Shown piece after piece: positions 37,955-47,312 of a stretch of DNA of 64,000 nt (the stretch's first letter is position 1; every line of letters starts with the position of its first letter). Where the stretch lies: positions 4,112 to 68,111 of the forward strand of contig JAFYUZ010000087.1 in NCBI GenBank assembly GCA_017549365.1. The letters run 5' to 3'. The notes under the pieces are model-generated. The model ran no database searches. It was not told the DNA's origin and saw nothing but the letters and a program-made list of their open reading frames with translations. The translations under genes and the position numbers were made by a program. Origin of the DNA: Clostridia bacterium (GTDB lineage: Bacteria > Bacillota > Clostridia > Oscillospirales > CAG-382).

Positions 37955-38161
37955 ATGGATGATAAATTGATATTAAAAAACAGTCTGAAAGATGCTCGCA
38001 GTGAAAAAGGATTATCTCAACAACAATTAGCAGAAATGGTAGGCGTTTCGCGAAACACAATCAGTTCAATTGAAACTGGACAGTTTAATCCGACCGCAAA
38101 GCTTGCATTAGTTTTGTGCATAGCATTGGATAAAAAATTTGAAGATTTATTTTTCTTTTAA
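37955..38161 (+). CDS. XRE-family helix-turn-helix transcriptional regulator (68 aa)
   Basis: LKDARSEKGLSQQQLAEMVGVSRNTISSIETGQFNPTAKLALVLCIAL. It starts 2 nt after the upstream gene. Confidence 0.88.
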   Translation: MDDKLILKNSLKDARSEKGLSQQQLAEMVGVSRNTISSIETGQFNPTAKLALVLCIALDKKFEDLFFF

Positions 38162-38169
38162 TTAAATTT

Positions 38170-38262
38170 CAATTTGTCGAGTGGTTAATAGAGCAAAATC
38201 ACACACCTTTTTACTGTTCTTTCGCAACAAAAAAGCGCAGCTTTATGCTGCGCTTTTTTTGT
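38170..38262 (+). repeat. 92-bp repeat module copy B
   Basis: The 65-nt core is identical to copy A except for one base (TGGT vs TAGT). It is followed by a different but equivalent terminator hairpin, AGCGCAGC-TTTAT-GCTGCGCT, and a T-run. Confidence 0.85.
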
Positions 38263-38290
38263 TTAAGTGTTTAAGCCCAAAAACTTTGCC

Positions 38291-38863
38291 TCAATATTTT
38301 TTGCGTCCTTTTTTCAAAAGGTTTAATCCAAGCAAAAAAACCGCAAGGGTAACGGCGGTGCCTGTTGCGACGTTCATAATGCATATTTCCGTTTCTGTCA
38401 TTCCTTCAAAAGAAACAAGCATGGAGCGTTGCAGGGCAAATACCGAAACCACGGCATCCGCAAAAGATATGCTTCTTAAAGCCGTCAATTTTGCCGAGCC
38501 GTTTTTTCTTGTCTTTATCCAATTTACGGTTGCAATAGTGATCTTGGTAAAAGTGTACGCGGCAATTGCGATCATAACTATGATATGAAACACAACACCC
38601 CTGTCTTTTACTGTTGCGAGTATCACCGTCCCGACAAGAGGCAACGTCAGCAACATAAGCATTGTTCCCGCAAAGCGAAGTATGAAACGTTTTTCCCCTT
38701 TGTGTTTCAGCGCCACAAATCGAACGGCGCTTAATATCACGTAATAAACCCCTATGGTGAAAAACCAAAACGACTCGGTTATTATACCCGAAACCACGTG
38801 ATACAAACCATACGCGAGATTGAACAAAAAACTTCCAAGGGCAAACTTTTGCGTTCTATTCAT
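38291..38863 (-). CDS. hypothetical integral membrane protein (about 6 TM)
   Basis: ORF 38291-38887. ATG 38863 is preferred because the GTG at 38887 abuts its putative RBS. It overlaps the TetR gene stop by 8 nt, which suggests one operon. Confidence 0.6.
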   Translation of the reverse strand: MNRTQKFALGSFLFNLAYGLYHVVSGIITESFWFFTIGVYYVILSAVRFVALKHKGEKRFILRFAGTMLMLLTLPLVGTVILATVKDRGVVFHIIVMIAIAAYTFTKITIATVNWIKTRKNGSAKLTALRSISFADAVVSVFALQRSMLVSFEGMTETEICIMNVATGTAVTLAVFLLGLNLLKKGRKKY

Positions 38864-39440
38864 TCGGTCTCTCTTTTCCGTAAACACACACCTTGATTAT
38901 TTCGGCCAATTCCTCACAAGTTTTGTCACATCCGTTTTTCAGCCATTCAAAAACTATTGCGCTTATTCCGTTAAGATAATACATCATTACATACTGTCTG
39001 TCTTTTGGCGGATAATCAAATCTTTCCAGAACAGGATCAAATATATTATCAAACATTTTCTTGTACACCGCTTCAAAACCAAAGGTTTTGTTATTCAGCA
39101 CCGCAGTTTTAAAAATTTCCTTGCGGTCTCTGATATACGTGAGATACGGCACGAGATATTCGTTGCAAATAAAAAACAGATCTTTATTTTTGCATTCGGA
39201 TAAATCAACCAATCTTATTGAAAAATACGATAAAAAATCATCCAGCAAATATCTTACCGTTTCGTTCAAAAGATCGCCAATCGTTTCATAATGCAAATAA
39301 AAGGTAGAGCGGTTTACGCCGGCAGTCTCACATATTTCTCTTACGCTGACATATTCAAACGACTTTTTTTGCAACAAGGAGATCAACGCGGTATCCATTT
39401 TAACAGCAGTATTAAAATATTTGCTTTCGGATCTGTTCAT
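38856..39440 (-). CDS. TetR/AcrR family transcriptional regulator
   Basis: N-terminal HTH FEYVSVREICETAGVNRSTFYLHYETIGDLL. AAGGAG RBS 7 nt upstream. Confidence 0.9.
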   Translation of the reverse strand: MNRSESKYFNTAVKMDTALISLLQKKSFEYVSVREICETAGVNRSTFYLHYETIGDLLNETVRYLLDDFLSYFSIRLVDLSECKNKDLFFICNEYLVPYLTYIRDRKEIFKTAVLNNKTFGFEAVYKKMFDNIFDPVLERFDYPPKDRQYVMMYYLNGISAIVFEWLKNGCDKTCEELAEIIKVCVYGKERPNE

Positions 39441-39460
39441 ATCACCGCTCCTTGTGCTTT

Positions 39461-39814
39461 TTATTTTTCGTCTGCTATCTCGCTGGCAAGCTGTACGATC
39501 TCATAGCCGTATTTTGCCTTGCCCTTTTCAAGCATTTTTTTGTAGATAGGATAATTCACGGCACAACCGATCATGCCGATAATACCAATAATGATTCCCA
39601 GCACCATGCCGAGCATACCACTGCCGATAACACGCATTGCCAAGCACATTCCGGTGCCAAACACAAGCGCTGATACAATGCCGAATGTGTAAGTGAAAAT
39701 TGTTGCAGGAAGCTTTGCACGGCTGTCAAGTTTTTTCAAGGCAACGATCTTTGAGTTACCCTTGGGCGCATAGTCCTTTGCAATCGATTCTGCTAAAATT
39801 TTGTCTGTGTTCAT
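39461..39814 (-). CDS. small membrane protein (2 TM)
   Basis: 117 aa. A hydrophilic N-terminus, then FTYTFGIVSALVFGTGMCLAM and MVLGIIIGIIGMIGCAV. It lies upstream of the TetR gene on the same strand. Confidence 0.6.
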   Translation of the reverse strand: MNTDKILAESIAKDYAPKGNSKIVALKKLDSRAKLPATIFTYTFGIVSALVFGTGMCLAMRVIGSGMLGMVLGIIIGIIGMIGCAVNYPIYKKMLEKGKAKYGYEIVQLASEIADEK

Positions 39815-39968
39815 AATAAATGAAACCTCCTTTTTGTTTTACAATGCTATTTTATCAGCATCGGGAGGAAAAATGAACAACACGTTTTTGTGAAAATGTT
39901 GATTTCAATTTTTTATTTCAAATACGGTCAAAGCACAAGAGCAGAGGAAAAACCTCCGCTCTCATTTT

Positions 39969-40769
39969 CTAGTTTTGAAAGTTCCATTTCTTTAATATCT
40001 GATGCTCTATGAATTTTGCAACGCCATCTGCATCGTTGCTTTCTATGACATAATCGGCAACAGATATGACCTCGTCTATTCCGTTGGAAACAGCAATTCC
40101 CAGCCCACACATTTTCATCGGTTCAATATCGTCCTGGTCGTCTCCGAAATAGGCAGTTTCATCAGAAGAACAGTTGCAGATATTAAGCATTGCCTTTATG
40201 CCATTCCATTTTGTTGCTGATGTGCTCATGATTTGCAATAGATAACCGTGTGCGATAGTATAATACAAATCTTCAGTCAATTCTTTTTGAACTATCGACA
40301 GATCTTCCTCTCTGTCAAGGTGAACAAGTATTTTTAGTACCCCTTCTTTGTCAGCAATACCAATTAAATCGTCGGTAATAACTGTATCATAATCCTCGAT
40401 CGGAAGATTTGAATATGCACAATCTCCTGTTTCGAGAGTAATTCGCAGATTCGGGTAGTGTTTCAACGCATTTATCAAACGCTCGGCACTTTTTAGGTAT
40501 ATCCCACAATCTGTTCGTCGGTTTCCGCAAATCACTCTTGCACCATTGGAAACGACTATTGCATCAAAATCTATCAATTCACAATATTGCTTTGTTGCAC
40601 GGAAAGGTCTTGCTGTGGCAACCATGATTTTGATTCCACATTTCTTACAACATTTAAGAACTTTAACGGTATATGCAGACATTGTTTTATCTGTGTGCAG
40701 CAAAGTTCTGTCCAGATCTACGATGACAGTTTTAACGTTTGCAGTACTCAGCATTTGCATCACATCCAT
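39969..40769 (-). CDS. Cof-type HAD-IIB family hydrolase
   Basis: Motif I VIVDLDRTLL and motif IV YFGDDQDDIEPM. Start uncertain (ATG at 40769, ATG at 40754 or TTG at 40781). Confidence 0.85.
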   Translation of the reverse strand: MDVMQMLSTANVKTVIVDLDRTLLHTDKTMSAYTVKVLKCCKKCGIKIMVATARPFRATKQYCELIDFDAIVVSNGARVICGNRRTDCGIYLKSAERLINALKHYPNLRITLETGDCAYSNLPIEDYDTVITDDLIGIADKEGVLKILVHLDREEDLSIVQKELTEDLYYTIAHGYLLQIMSTSATKWNGIKAMLNICNCSSDETAYFGDDQDDIEPMKMCGLGIAVSNGIDEVISVADYVIESNDADGVAKFIEHQILKKWNFQN

Positions 40770-40796
40770 TTCACAAATCAACCTTTATGTGTTTTC

Positions 40797-41279
40797 TCAT
40801 TCACGATATATAAAATGCTGTGCTCCATCATTATCTATACGATCCATAAGCTCAACAACATTAGTGGGATAGATTTCTATATTCTTCAATTCTGTCAGGG
40901 GAACCCAATGAAACTCCATATTGAAATTCCCACCCTCTATTTGTTCTTTTCCTGTGAAAACACCTTCCCACGGGATATTATCGGAGGTTATTTCCACAAT
41001 ATAATACAAACAAATCTGATGACATTGTTTGTTGCCCCATGGAAAAAACACTTCTCCTACCCATTTCAAGTCGCCCACCGAAATTTTCACACCGATTTCT
41101 TCAAAAAACTCTCTTGAAAGAGTCTGTTCATTCGTTTCACCAAAGGTCACCTGACCACCCGGAAAAGCAAAGGCTGTGTCATTGATGGGTTTTTGCAACA
41201 GAACTTTGCCTTTATGTATGCATATCCCCGCAACTCTGTATGAAAACACATATTCATCTGTGTGGAATAAAATATCCAT
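40797..41279 (-). CDS. NUDIX hydrolase
   Basis: Nudix box FPGGQVTFGETNEQTLSREFFEEIGV. GAGGGGA RBS. Confidence 0.88.
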   Translation of the reverse strand: MDILFHTDEYVFSYRVAGICIHKGKVLLQKPINDTAFAFPGGQVTFGETNEQTLSREFFEEIGVKISVGDLKWVGEVFFPWGNKQCHQICLYYIVEITSDNIPWEGVFTGKEQIEGGNFNMEFHWVPLTELKNIEIYPTNVVELMDRIDNDGAQHFIYRE

Positions 41280-41329
41280 GCTGTTCCCCTCACTGTCTGC
41301 CTTATGTTTTCCATCGCGCTAATCTTGAT

Positions 41330-41902
41330 TTATATCCGGGTTATGTTAAAAACTCGCATATATTCATCAATCGCCGCAAGATCCCTTGCCTGCAGAAATC
41401 TTTTTTGATTCGTTTCATGGCAGATATCTTTAATCAAATGAATCATTTCGCCGAGCGAACACCATTTCAGTGTTGTGCCAAGCTCGGCTTCTTCTTTTGT
41501 CAAGTGTGGAACTGTATACTTTGTTTTTGTATGTATCACAAAAAAATACGACAAAGTTGTAATGTCGGCATGGTATCTGTTTTCGGAAACAACCCCCAAA
41601 CGTTTTATATCATCACATATACAGCCTGTTTCCTCATACACTTCTCTTGTTATTGCCGCCGTTTCATCTTCCCTGTCTTCAATTCCGCCACCCGGCAAAG
41701 AGTAAATGTCGGTTTTTTCTTCGTACATTACCGCATATTTTCCGTCTTCATTTATCAAAATAGCTCTTGCTTTTTTCCTTGGCTCCTTATTGCTCAATCC
41801 ATCGGTGCCAAGTACATTCTTGTCGGTAAGTTCTGCAATAATTTTCCAATCAATAACCATGCTATCCTCTTTCTCTTTGCTTGTGCCGGATCTATAGCTC
41901 AC
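41330..41902 (-). CDS. NUDIX hydrolase
   Basis: Nudix box LPGGGIEDREDETAAITREVYEETGC. The GTG at 41902 overlaps the upstream stop (GTGA). An alternative ATG at 41860 has an AAGAGGA RBS. Confidence 0.85.
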   Translation of the reverse strand: MSYRSGTSKEKEDSMVIDWKIIAELTDKNVLGTDGLSNKEPRKKARAILINEDGKYAVMYEEKTDIYSLPGGGIEDREDETAAITREVYEETGCICDDIKRLGVVSENRYHADITTLSYFFVIHTKTKYTVPHLTKEEAELGTTLKWCSLGEMIHLIKDICHETNQKRFLQARDLAAIDEYMRVFNITRI

Positions 41903-42393
41903 GCACTCTCTTGCTGTGCAAGCATTTTGTCAAGCGCTCTGACAAAATCCTTGTATCCCTTTGGAAAATTTTCCGAGCCATCTGCCTTAATGGTTTTATC
42001 GCCGTTCACACAGGCAGAAAAACGGAACATTTCCCCATCATGCACGTTCTTTGGATGTTTGCCGTGAAATCCGTCCCAGCGGATAACTCCGCAGTTATTT
42101 ACAAGCTCAACAAATTCCGCCGTGTCAACAACCGCACTTGCCTCGGGTACAAGACTTGTTTTATTGTCGGCATACACTTCGCGATAACGCAAAATTTTTG
42201 TTTTTTCACCATCGACTTCGATCTTATATTCGGTGCCGCCGCGCATTACGAGGCGGACAAGCGACATCGACTCGATCGACGAAACCGTCTTTTTTTGTCC
42301 TGCCGTGCAACCAAACAATCCAAAAAGCGAAACGAATACTACCACAGACAGGAACAGTGGAATTTTTTTGCGTATTGTCATATGTTTTTTCAT
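41899..42393 (-). CDS. hypothetical lipoprotein
   Basis: Lipobox LFGLFGCTAG. Start set to ATG 42393 (GAGGTG 5 nt upstream). Confidence 0.65.
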   Translation of the reverse strand: MKKHMTIRKKIPLFLSVVVFVSLFGLFGCTAGQKKTVSSIESMSLVRLVMRGGTEYKIEVDGEKTKILRYREVYADNKTSLVPEASAVVDTAEFVELVNNCGVIRWDGFHGKHPKNVHDGEMFRFSACVNGDKTIKADGSENFPKGYKDFVRALDKMLAQQESA

Positions 42394-42476
42394 TTTGGCA
42401 CCTCGCAAATATTTATTTTGGTCTGTCCGAAATTTTCCGTGTGATATTCAGCAAAATTTGCGCTTTGCACAAGCTA

Positions 42477-43385
42477 TTATACCTCCTGCGTCAGCTTTTT
42501 CAGTCTTCTGTTGACACAAGATTTTGTAACGGGCGGATCGTGAAGCTCGGCAAGCTGTGAAAGGGAGGCTTCGGGGTTTTCGATGCGCAGACGCGCCGTT
42601 TCAAGAAGATCGTCCGAAAGGCTTTCTGCGCCACCCGTGGCAAAGAGCTTGTTTATCGCCTCGATCTGCTTTGATGCGCTTTGTATCTGCTTTGTCATAT
42701 TCGCCATTTCGCAGTTGTTCAGGCGGTTGAGATTGTTGCGGATATCCTTGGCAATAAGGGTGTTGTTATATTCAAAATTCTCTTTTGTCGCACCGATAAG
42801 ACCGAGAAAATCCACGATCTTTTCGCTTTCTTTATAGTAGATGACGTAGTGCGAACTGCGCTTTGTGTACTTTGCCTCAAACGACATCCCCTTCAAGAAA
42901 AACAGCAATTCTCTTGACAGGTTGAAATAGGATACGTTAAATTCAAGGTGATAGCTTTTTCTCGGCGAGCTGACGTTTCCGCACGAAAGAAAAACGCCCT
43001 TTATAAATTCGGTTTTGCAGTTTTCGCACTTAAAAATCTCCGAAAGAATGGTGTAGCTTGTGGTCAGCTCTTTTTTGTCATAGCCGAAAAAGGCAAGGAT
43101 CTTTGAGCAGATTTCCTCGTCTTTAATATCAATTTTCCCTTGATTGGAAAGAGTTTCGCGAAAGGGAGAAACGTCCACATCCACCAGCGACTTCAAAAGT
43201 CCTGCCGCGTGGTCGAGAATATGCTCGTTTTCGCCGACTATTCTGATCTCACCCATGCCAAACACCTGACCGAAAAGAAGCATGCCCAAAAGATGCGCAC
43301 GCTTACAGCATTTTTTCGACGGCTTTGCCGCAAGCACGGCGTTTTTTGTGCTTTGGTTAAAGGTGGAGGTATCGTTTGTGCTCAT
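42477..43385 (-). CDS. whiA: DNA-binding protein WhiA
   Basis: Degenerate LAGLIDADG-like core (FIKGVFLSCGNVSSPRKSYHLEF) plus C-terminal HTH (RIENPEASLSQLAELHDPPVTKSCVNRRLKKL). ATGA overlap with murB. Confidence 0.9.
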   Translation of the reverse strand: MSTNDTSTFNQSTKNAVLAAKPSKKCCKRAHLLGMLLFGQVFGMGEIRIVGENEHILDHAAGLLKSLVDVDVSPFRETLSNQGKIDIKDEEICSKILAFFGYDKKELTTSYTILSEIFKCENCKTEFIKGVFLSCGNVSSPRKSYHLEFNVSYFNLSRELLFFLKGMSFEAKYTKRSSHYVIYYKESEKIVDFLGLIGATKENFEYNNTLIAKDIRNNLNRLNNCEMANMTKQIQSASKQIEAINKLFATGGAESLSDDLLETARLRIENPEASLSQLAELHDPPVTKSCVNRRLKKLTQEV

Positions 43386-44278
43386 TTTTGGTTTTCCTCA
43401 ATTATCTCGATCTCGGGGCAAAGGGTCACCCCGAATTTTTCATATACTTTTTCGGTAACGCTTGCCATAAGCGTGCGGACGTCGTTTGACGTTGCGCCGC
43501 CGCAATTTATGACAAAACCCGCGTGTTTTTCCGATATCTGCGCTCCGCCGACGGCAAAGCCCTTGAGACCGCAGTCCTCAATAAGCTTTCCTGCAAAATG
43601 TCCCTGCGGACGCTTGAAAGCAGAGCCGCAGGAGGGGTATTCGAGCGGTTGTTTTTCGCGGCGCGCCGTCATATTCTTGCGGCAGACCGCCTCTATCTCT
43701 TCCCTGTCCCCTTTTGCAAGCTCAAAGCTTGCGCCAAGAACGACAATCTTTTTGTTTTCCATGAAAATACTGTGGCGATAAGAAAAATTGCACTCCTCGC
43801 GTGAAAGCTCCAATGTCTTTTTGTTTTCGGCATCATAGCAGAGCACGCTTTTTATCACCTGCGACATTTCGCCGCCGTAGGCGCCTGCGTTCATAAAAAC
43901 GCCGCCCCCCACGCTTCCGGGGATGCCAAAGGCAAATTCAAGCCCCGAAAGAGCCTCTTTTGATGCAAAATTTGAAAGAGACGTCATCTGCGCACCGCAG
44001 GAAGCAAAAATTTCGGTGTCCGAAAGCTTTTTGATCTCGGATATTCTGGTGGTGAAAATCACAGTCAGTTGCGAAGCATCGTCGGGGAAAAGAAGATTGC
44101 TGGAATTTCCGACGACAAGAACGCCCGTCTCATCCCTTAAAGCATCAACAAGAGCGCAAAGCTCGTTTGCACTTTCGGGGAAAAAGGCATATTTTGCCTT
44201 GCCTCCCGTGCGCATTGACGAAACCGACGAAAGGTCGAAATTTTCCTTTGTAATATGTTCGAATAAGCGAAGATCCAT
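43382..44278 (-). CDS. murB: UDP-N-acetylmuramate dehydrogenase
   Basis: FAD-binding region MRTGGKAKYAF...VVGNSSNLLF, GIPGSVGGGVFMNAGAYGGE, C-terminal GSAFKRP. Confidence 0.95.
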   Translation of the reverse strand: MDLRLFEHITKENFDLSSVSSMRTGGKAKYAFFPESANELCALVDALRDETGVLVVGNSSNLLFPDDASQLTVIFTTRISEIKKLSDTEIFASCGAQMTSLSNFASKEALSGLEFAFGIPGSVGGGVFMNAGAYGGEMSQVIKSVLCYDAENKKTLELSREECNFSYRHSIFMENKKIVVLGASFELAKGDREEIEAVCRKNMTARREKQPLEYPSCGSAFKRPQGHFAGKLIEDCGLKGFAVGGAQISEKHAGFVINCGGATSNDVRTLMASVTEKVYEKFGVTLCPEIEIIEENQK

Positions 44279-44306
44279 AAAAAATCCTCTCCTGTTATCT
44301 CAAAAA

Positions 44307-45425
44307 TTAAGCCAAAAAGAGCTTTGAAAGAATTTTCTTTGCAAGGGTGGCATCTGCGGTGCCGTAGCATTTTTTAAGGCTTGCATTGTTTTCGTATCTC
44401 GGCAAAAGCTCATCTATCTGCTCTGCCGAAAGGCTCACCCCGCAAGAAACCTGCTTTTCGGGAAGATTTTCCACAACAAGCGCACAAAGTTTTTCCTTTG
44501 AAACGCCGACCGAAGCAAAAAATCTGTCGCACAGCTCCTTTGCGTTTGCGGCGTTGTATTCGATAAATTCGGGAAAGTACGCGCCGCAGGCGTTGCCGTG
44601 GGCGACACCGTGGTTTTCGGTGAGAAAATATCCGAAGGCGTGTGGAAAAGCCGTGCCCGTAACGCTTATGGCAAGACCGCCGTAGATAGAGGCACAATAA
44701 AGCTTTTCGCGGTCTTCATACGAAAGCGTATCGTCGGTTGCCGTTTTTTCAAGCATTTCGCAAAGGATCTGCACGCCTCTTACGGCAAAGCAACACGAAA
44801 GCTCGTTTGCCGTGCGGTTGAAATAGCTTTCAACACAGTGGCAAAGGGCGTCGATGGCTGTGGATCTTGTGAAATCGGGCGAAAGCGAAAGAGTATACTT
44901 TGCATCGCCGAACGAAAGCTTGGGGAAAGTTGTGATTGCGCGGAAGCTTTTTTTCATTCCCGACGAATTTGTTATGACAGATACGGGTGTGACCTCGCTT
45001 CCCGTGCCTGCCGTTGTTCCCACACATACGATGGGCAGGGGATTTTTTTCCCACACCGAGGAAAACATGGTCTTTTCGTCCATATTTTTGTCTGTGGCAA
45101 GCACAGCCACCGCCTTTGCGGCGTCCAGCGGCGAGCCGCCGCCGATGCCGACCACAAACTGTGCGCCGAAATCTATGGCAAGAAGCGATGCTTTTTTGCA
45201 GGAAGCGTATGACGGGTTTTGCTCGATGCCGTCAAAAACGCACCATTCGATACCGACAGAACCCAATGCCTTTGTCATATCATCAAGGGCGCCGCTTTTC
45301 TTTGCAGAGCTTTTTCCCGTGACGATAATGCACTTTTTTCCGTATTCCGCAAGAAATGCGGCGTTTTTTATAACACAGTCACTGCCCGTAACCATTCTTG
45401 TGGGCAAAACAAAATTCATTTCCAT
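44307..45425 (-). CDS. iron-containing alcohol dehydrogenase family protein
   Basis: GIGGGSPLDAAKAVAV nucleotide-binding motif and the histidine-rich metal region (ALCHCVESY, AFPHAFGY...HGVAHG). Confidence 0.9.
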   Translation of the reverse strand: MEMNFVLPTRMVTGSDCVIKNAAFLAEYGKKCIIVTGKSSAKKSGALDDMTKALGSVGIEWCVFDGIEQNPSYASCKKASLLAIDFGAQFVVGIGGGSPLDAAKAVAVLATDKNMDEKTMFSSVWEKNPLPIVCVGTTAGTGSEVTPVSVITNSSGMKKSFRAITTFPKLSFGDAKYTLSLSPDFTRSTAIDALCHCVESYFNRTANELSCCFAVRGVQILCEMLEKTATDDTLSYEDREKLYCASIYGGLAISVTGTAFPHAFGYFLTENHGVAHGNACGAYFPEFIEYNAANAKELCDRFFASVGVSKEKLCALVVENLPEKQVSCGVSLSAEQIDELLPRYENNASLKKCYGTADATLAKKILSKLFLA

Positions 45426-45556
45426 AAAAAAATTCTCCGTTTATTTATCTTTTCTCTTGAAAAAACACTAATCTCATTGTACAATACTATTATATACTAT
45501 CATTTTCAAAAAAACAATAGCGCAATATGCGAATAAACGAAAAAGGAGAAAAAATC

Positions 45557-45904
45557 ATGATTAAAAAGAGTGCATCCTTCAATACAGACCTGCGCGAAAA
45601 TATGCGCGGCGGCGACGGAGTTATTGAAGTTACCAATTTTATCACAGAAGAAGAGCTCAACAACAAGGGCAGACTTTTCGGAAAGCTCGTTATAAAGCCG
45701 GGCTGCGGCATCGGATATCATGTGCACGAGCACGATGCAGAGCTTTTTTACGTTGTAAAGGGATGTGCCGTATATTCCGACAACGGCGAAGAAAAAACTC
45801 TTTGTGCAGGCGATCTTGCCATCTGCCCCTGCGGCACGGGACATTCGATAAAGAACGAAGGAACAGAGGACGTAGAGCTTATTGCCCTTATCGTTTTTGA
45901 ATGA
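45557..45904 (+). CDS. cupin domain protein
   Basis: GYHVHEHDAELFYVVKG...GDLAICPCGTGHSIKN (cupin motifs 1 and 2). Start at ATG 45557 with an AAGGAG RBS. Confidence 0.85.
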   Translation: MIKKSASFNTDLRENMRGGDGVIEVTNFITEEELNNKGRLFGKLVIKPGCGIGYHVHEHDAELFYVVKGCAVYSDNGEEKTLCAGDLAICPCGTGHSIKNEGTEDVELIALIVFE

Positions 45905-45998
45905 TCTGTCACAAACATTGCATCATTACCAAAAGCTATTGAAAAGTGCAGATATACACTATATAATAACACTATAAAACTTTTAGGAGAAAAAACCA

Positions 45999-47297
45999 AT
46001 GGCAACAGTAAAAGCATTTTCGGCATTAAGATTTACAGACAAGGCAGGCGATATTTCCAAAAACGTATGTCCCCCTTATGACATCATCTCCCCTGCGCAG
46101 AGAGAAGAATACATAAAAGTCAGCGAAAACAACATCATCCGTCTCGAGCTTCCCATAGGCGAAAACGCCTATGCCGATGCAGGTGCGCTTTACAAAAAGC
46201 TCCGTGCCGACGGCATTCTTGAAAACGATGCCACAAAGGGTATTTACGTTTACGAGGAAGAATTTGAAGTTTACGGCGAAGTAAAGAAGATAAAGGGCAT
46301 TTTTGCAAGAGTAAAGCTTTGCGAATTTTCCGAAAACGTCGTTCTCCCCCACGAAGAAACTCTCTCGAAGGCAAAGACCGACCGCTTCAACCTTATGAGC
46401 GCAACCTACTGCAACTTCAGCCCCATCTATTCGATGTACACCGACGCCGACCGCAAGATCTCCGGCAAAGTGGCAGACCTTACAAACGGCAAGGCAGATA
46501 TCGAATTTACCTGTGAGGACGGAGTTACCCAGCGCCTTTGGAAGATCGAAAAGGGCGCCGACACCGACTTTATCGAAAAAGCCTTTGAAGACAAACAGCT
46601 CTTCATCGCCGACGGCCACCACAGATATGAAACCGCCCTCAACTTCAAAAAGAAGCTTATTGAAGACGGCATAATCAAGTGCGACGGCTGTGCAGGCAAC
46701 TACGTTATGATGATGCTTATCGATATGGAAAACGAAGGCCTTGTGGTATTCCCCACCCACAGAATGATAAAGGGACTTGAAAAGTTCGACGAGGAAGAAG
46801 CCATCTCGAAGATCTCGGAATTTTTCGACGTGTGCGAGATTGCACGCGGTGACATTGACGCAAAGCTTGCGGAAAACGTTGACAAAAAATCCTATGTTTT
46901 CTGCACCAAGAGCGGAAAATTCTATCTTCTCACCCTCAAGGACGGGGATGCGGCAAAGGCAGAGCTTGATGCCCTTAATCCCGGAAAGTCGGATGCCTAC
47001 AAGGGACTTGACGTAACAGTTCTTCACTCGCTCATTCTCGAAAAGCTCTTCGGTATCGACAAGGAAAACATGGCAAACCAGATCAACCTTAAATACACAA
47101 GAGACACAGACGAAGCCTGCGACTGCGTGAAAAACGACGAGTTCAACTGCTCGTTCATCCTCAACGCCACAAAGGTGCACGAGATCAAGGACGTGGCTCT
47201 TGCCGGCGAAAAAATGCCTCAGAAATCCACCTATTTCTATCCGAAGCTTATCACAGGTCTTGTTATGAACGAGCTTGTTCCTGTTGAAAAGATCTGA
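45999..47297 (+). CDS. DUF1015 family protein
   Basis: N-terminal VKAFSALRF...VCPPYDIISP and the central FIADGHHRYETAL motif, both typical of DUF1015 as I recall it. Confidence 0.8.
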   Translation: MATVKAFSALRFTDKAGDISKNVCPPYDIISPAQREEYIKVSENNIIRLELPIGENAYADAGALYKKLRADGILENDATKGIYVYEEEFEVYGEVKKIKGIFARVKLCEFSENVVLPHEETLSKAKTDRFNLMSATYCNFSPIYSMYTDADRKISGKVADLTNGKADIEFTCEDGVTQRLWKIEKGADTDFIEKAFEDKQLFIADGHHRYETALNFKKKLIEDGIIKCDGCAGNYVMMMLIDMENEGLVVFPTHRMIKGLEKFDEEEAISKISEFFDVCEIARGDIDAKLAENVDKKSYVFCTKSGKFYLLTLKDGDAAKAELDALNPGKSDAYKGLDVTVLHSLILEKLFGIDKENMANQINLKYTRDTDEACDCVKNDEFNCSFILNATKVHEIKDVALAGEKMPQKSTYFYPKLITGLVMNELVPVEKI

Positions 47298-47312
47298 CAA
47301 GGAGGACATACG

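Noticed and set aside
36916-42450. Annotating the tRNA-adjacent stretch as an integrative mobile element
   Set aside because: I found no integrase, excisionase, transposase or conjugation genes, and no repeat of the tRNA 3' end. Only the composition and gene content suggest accessory DNA.
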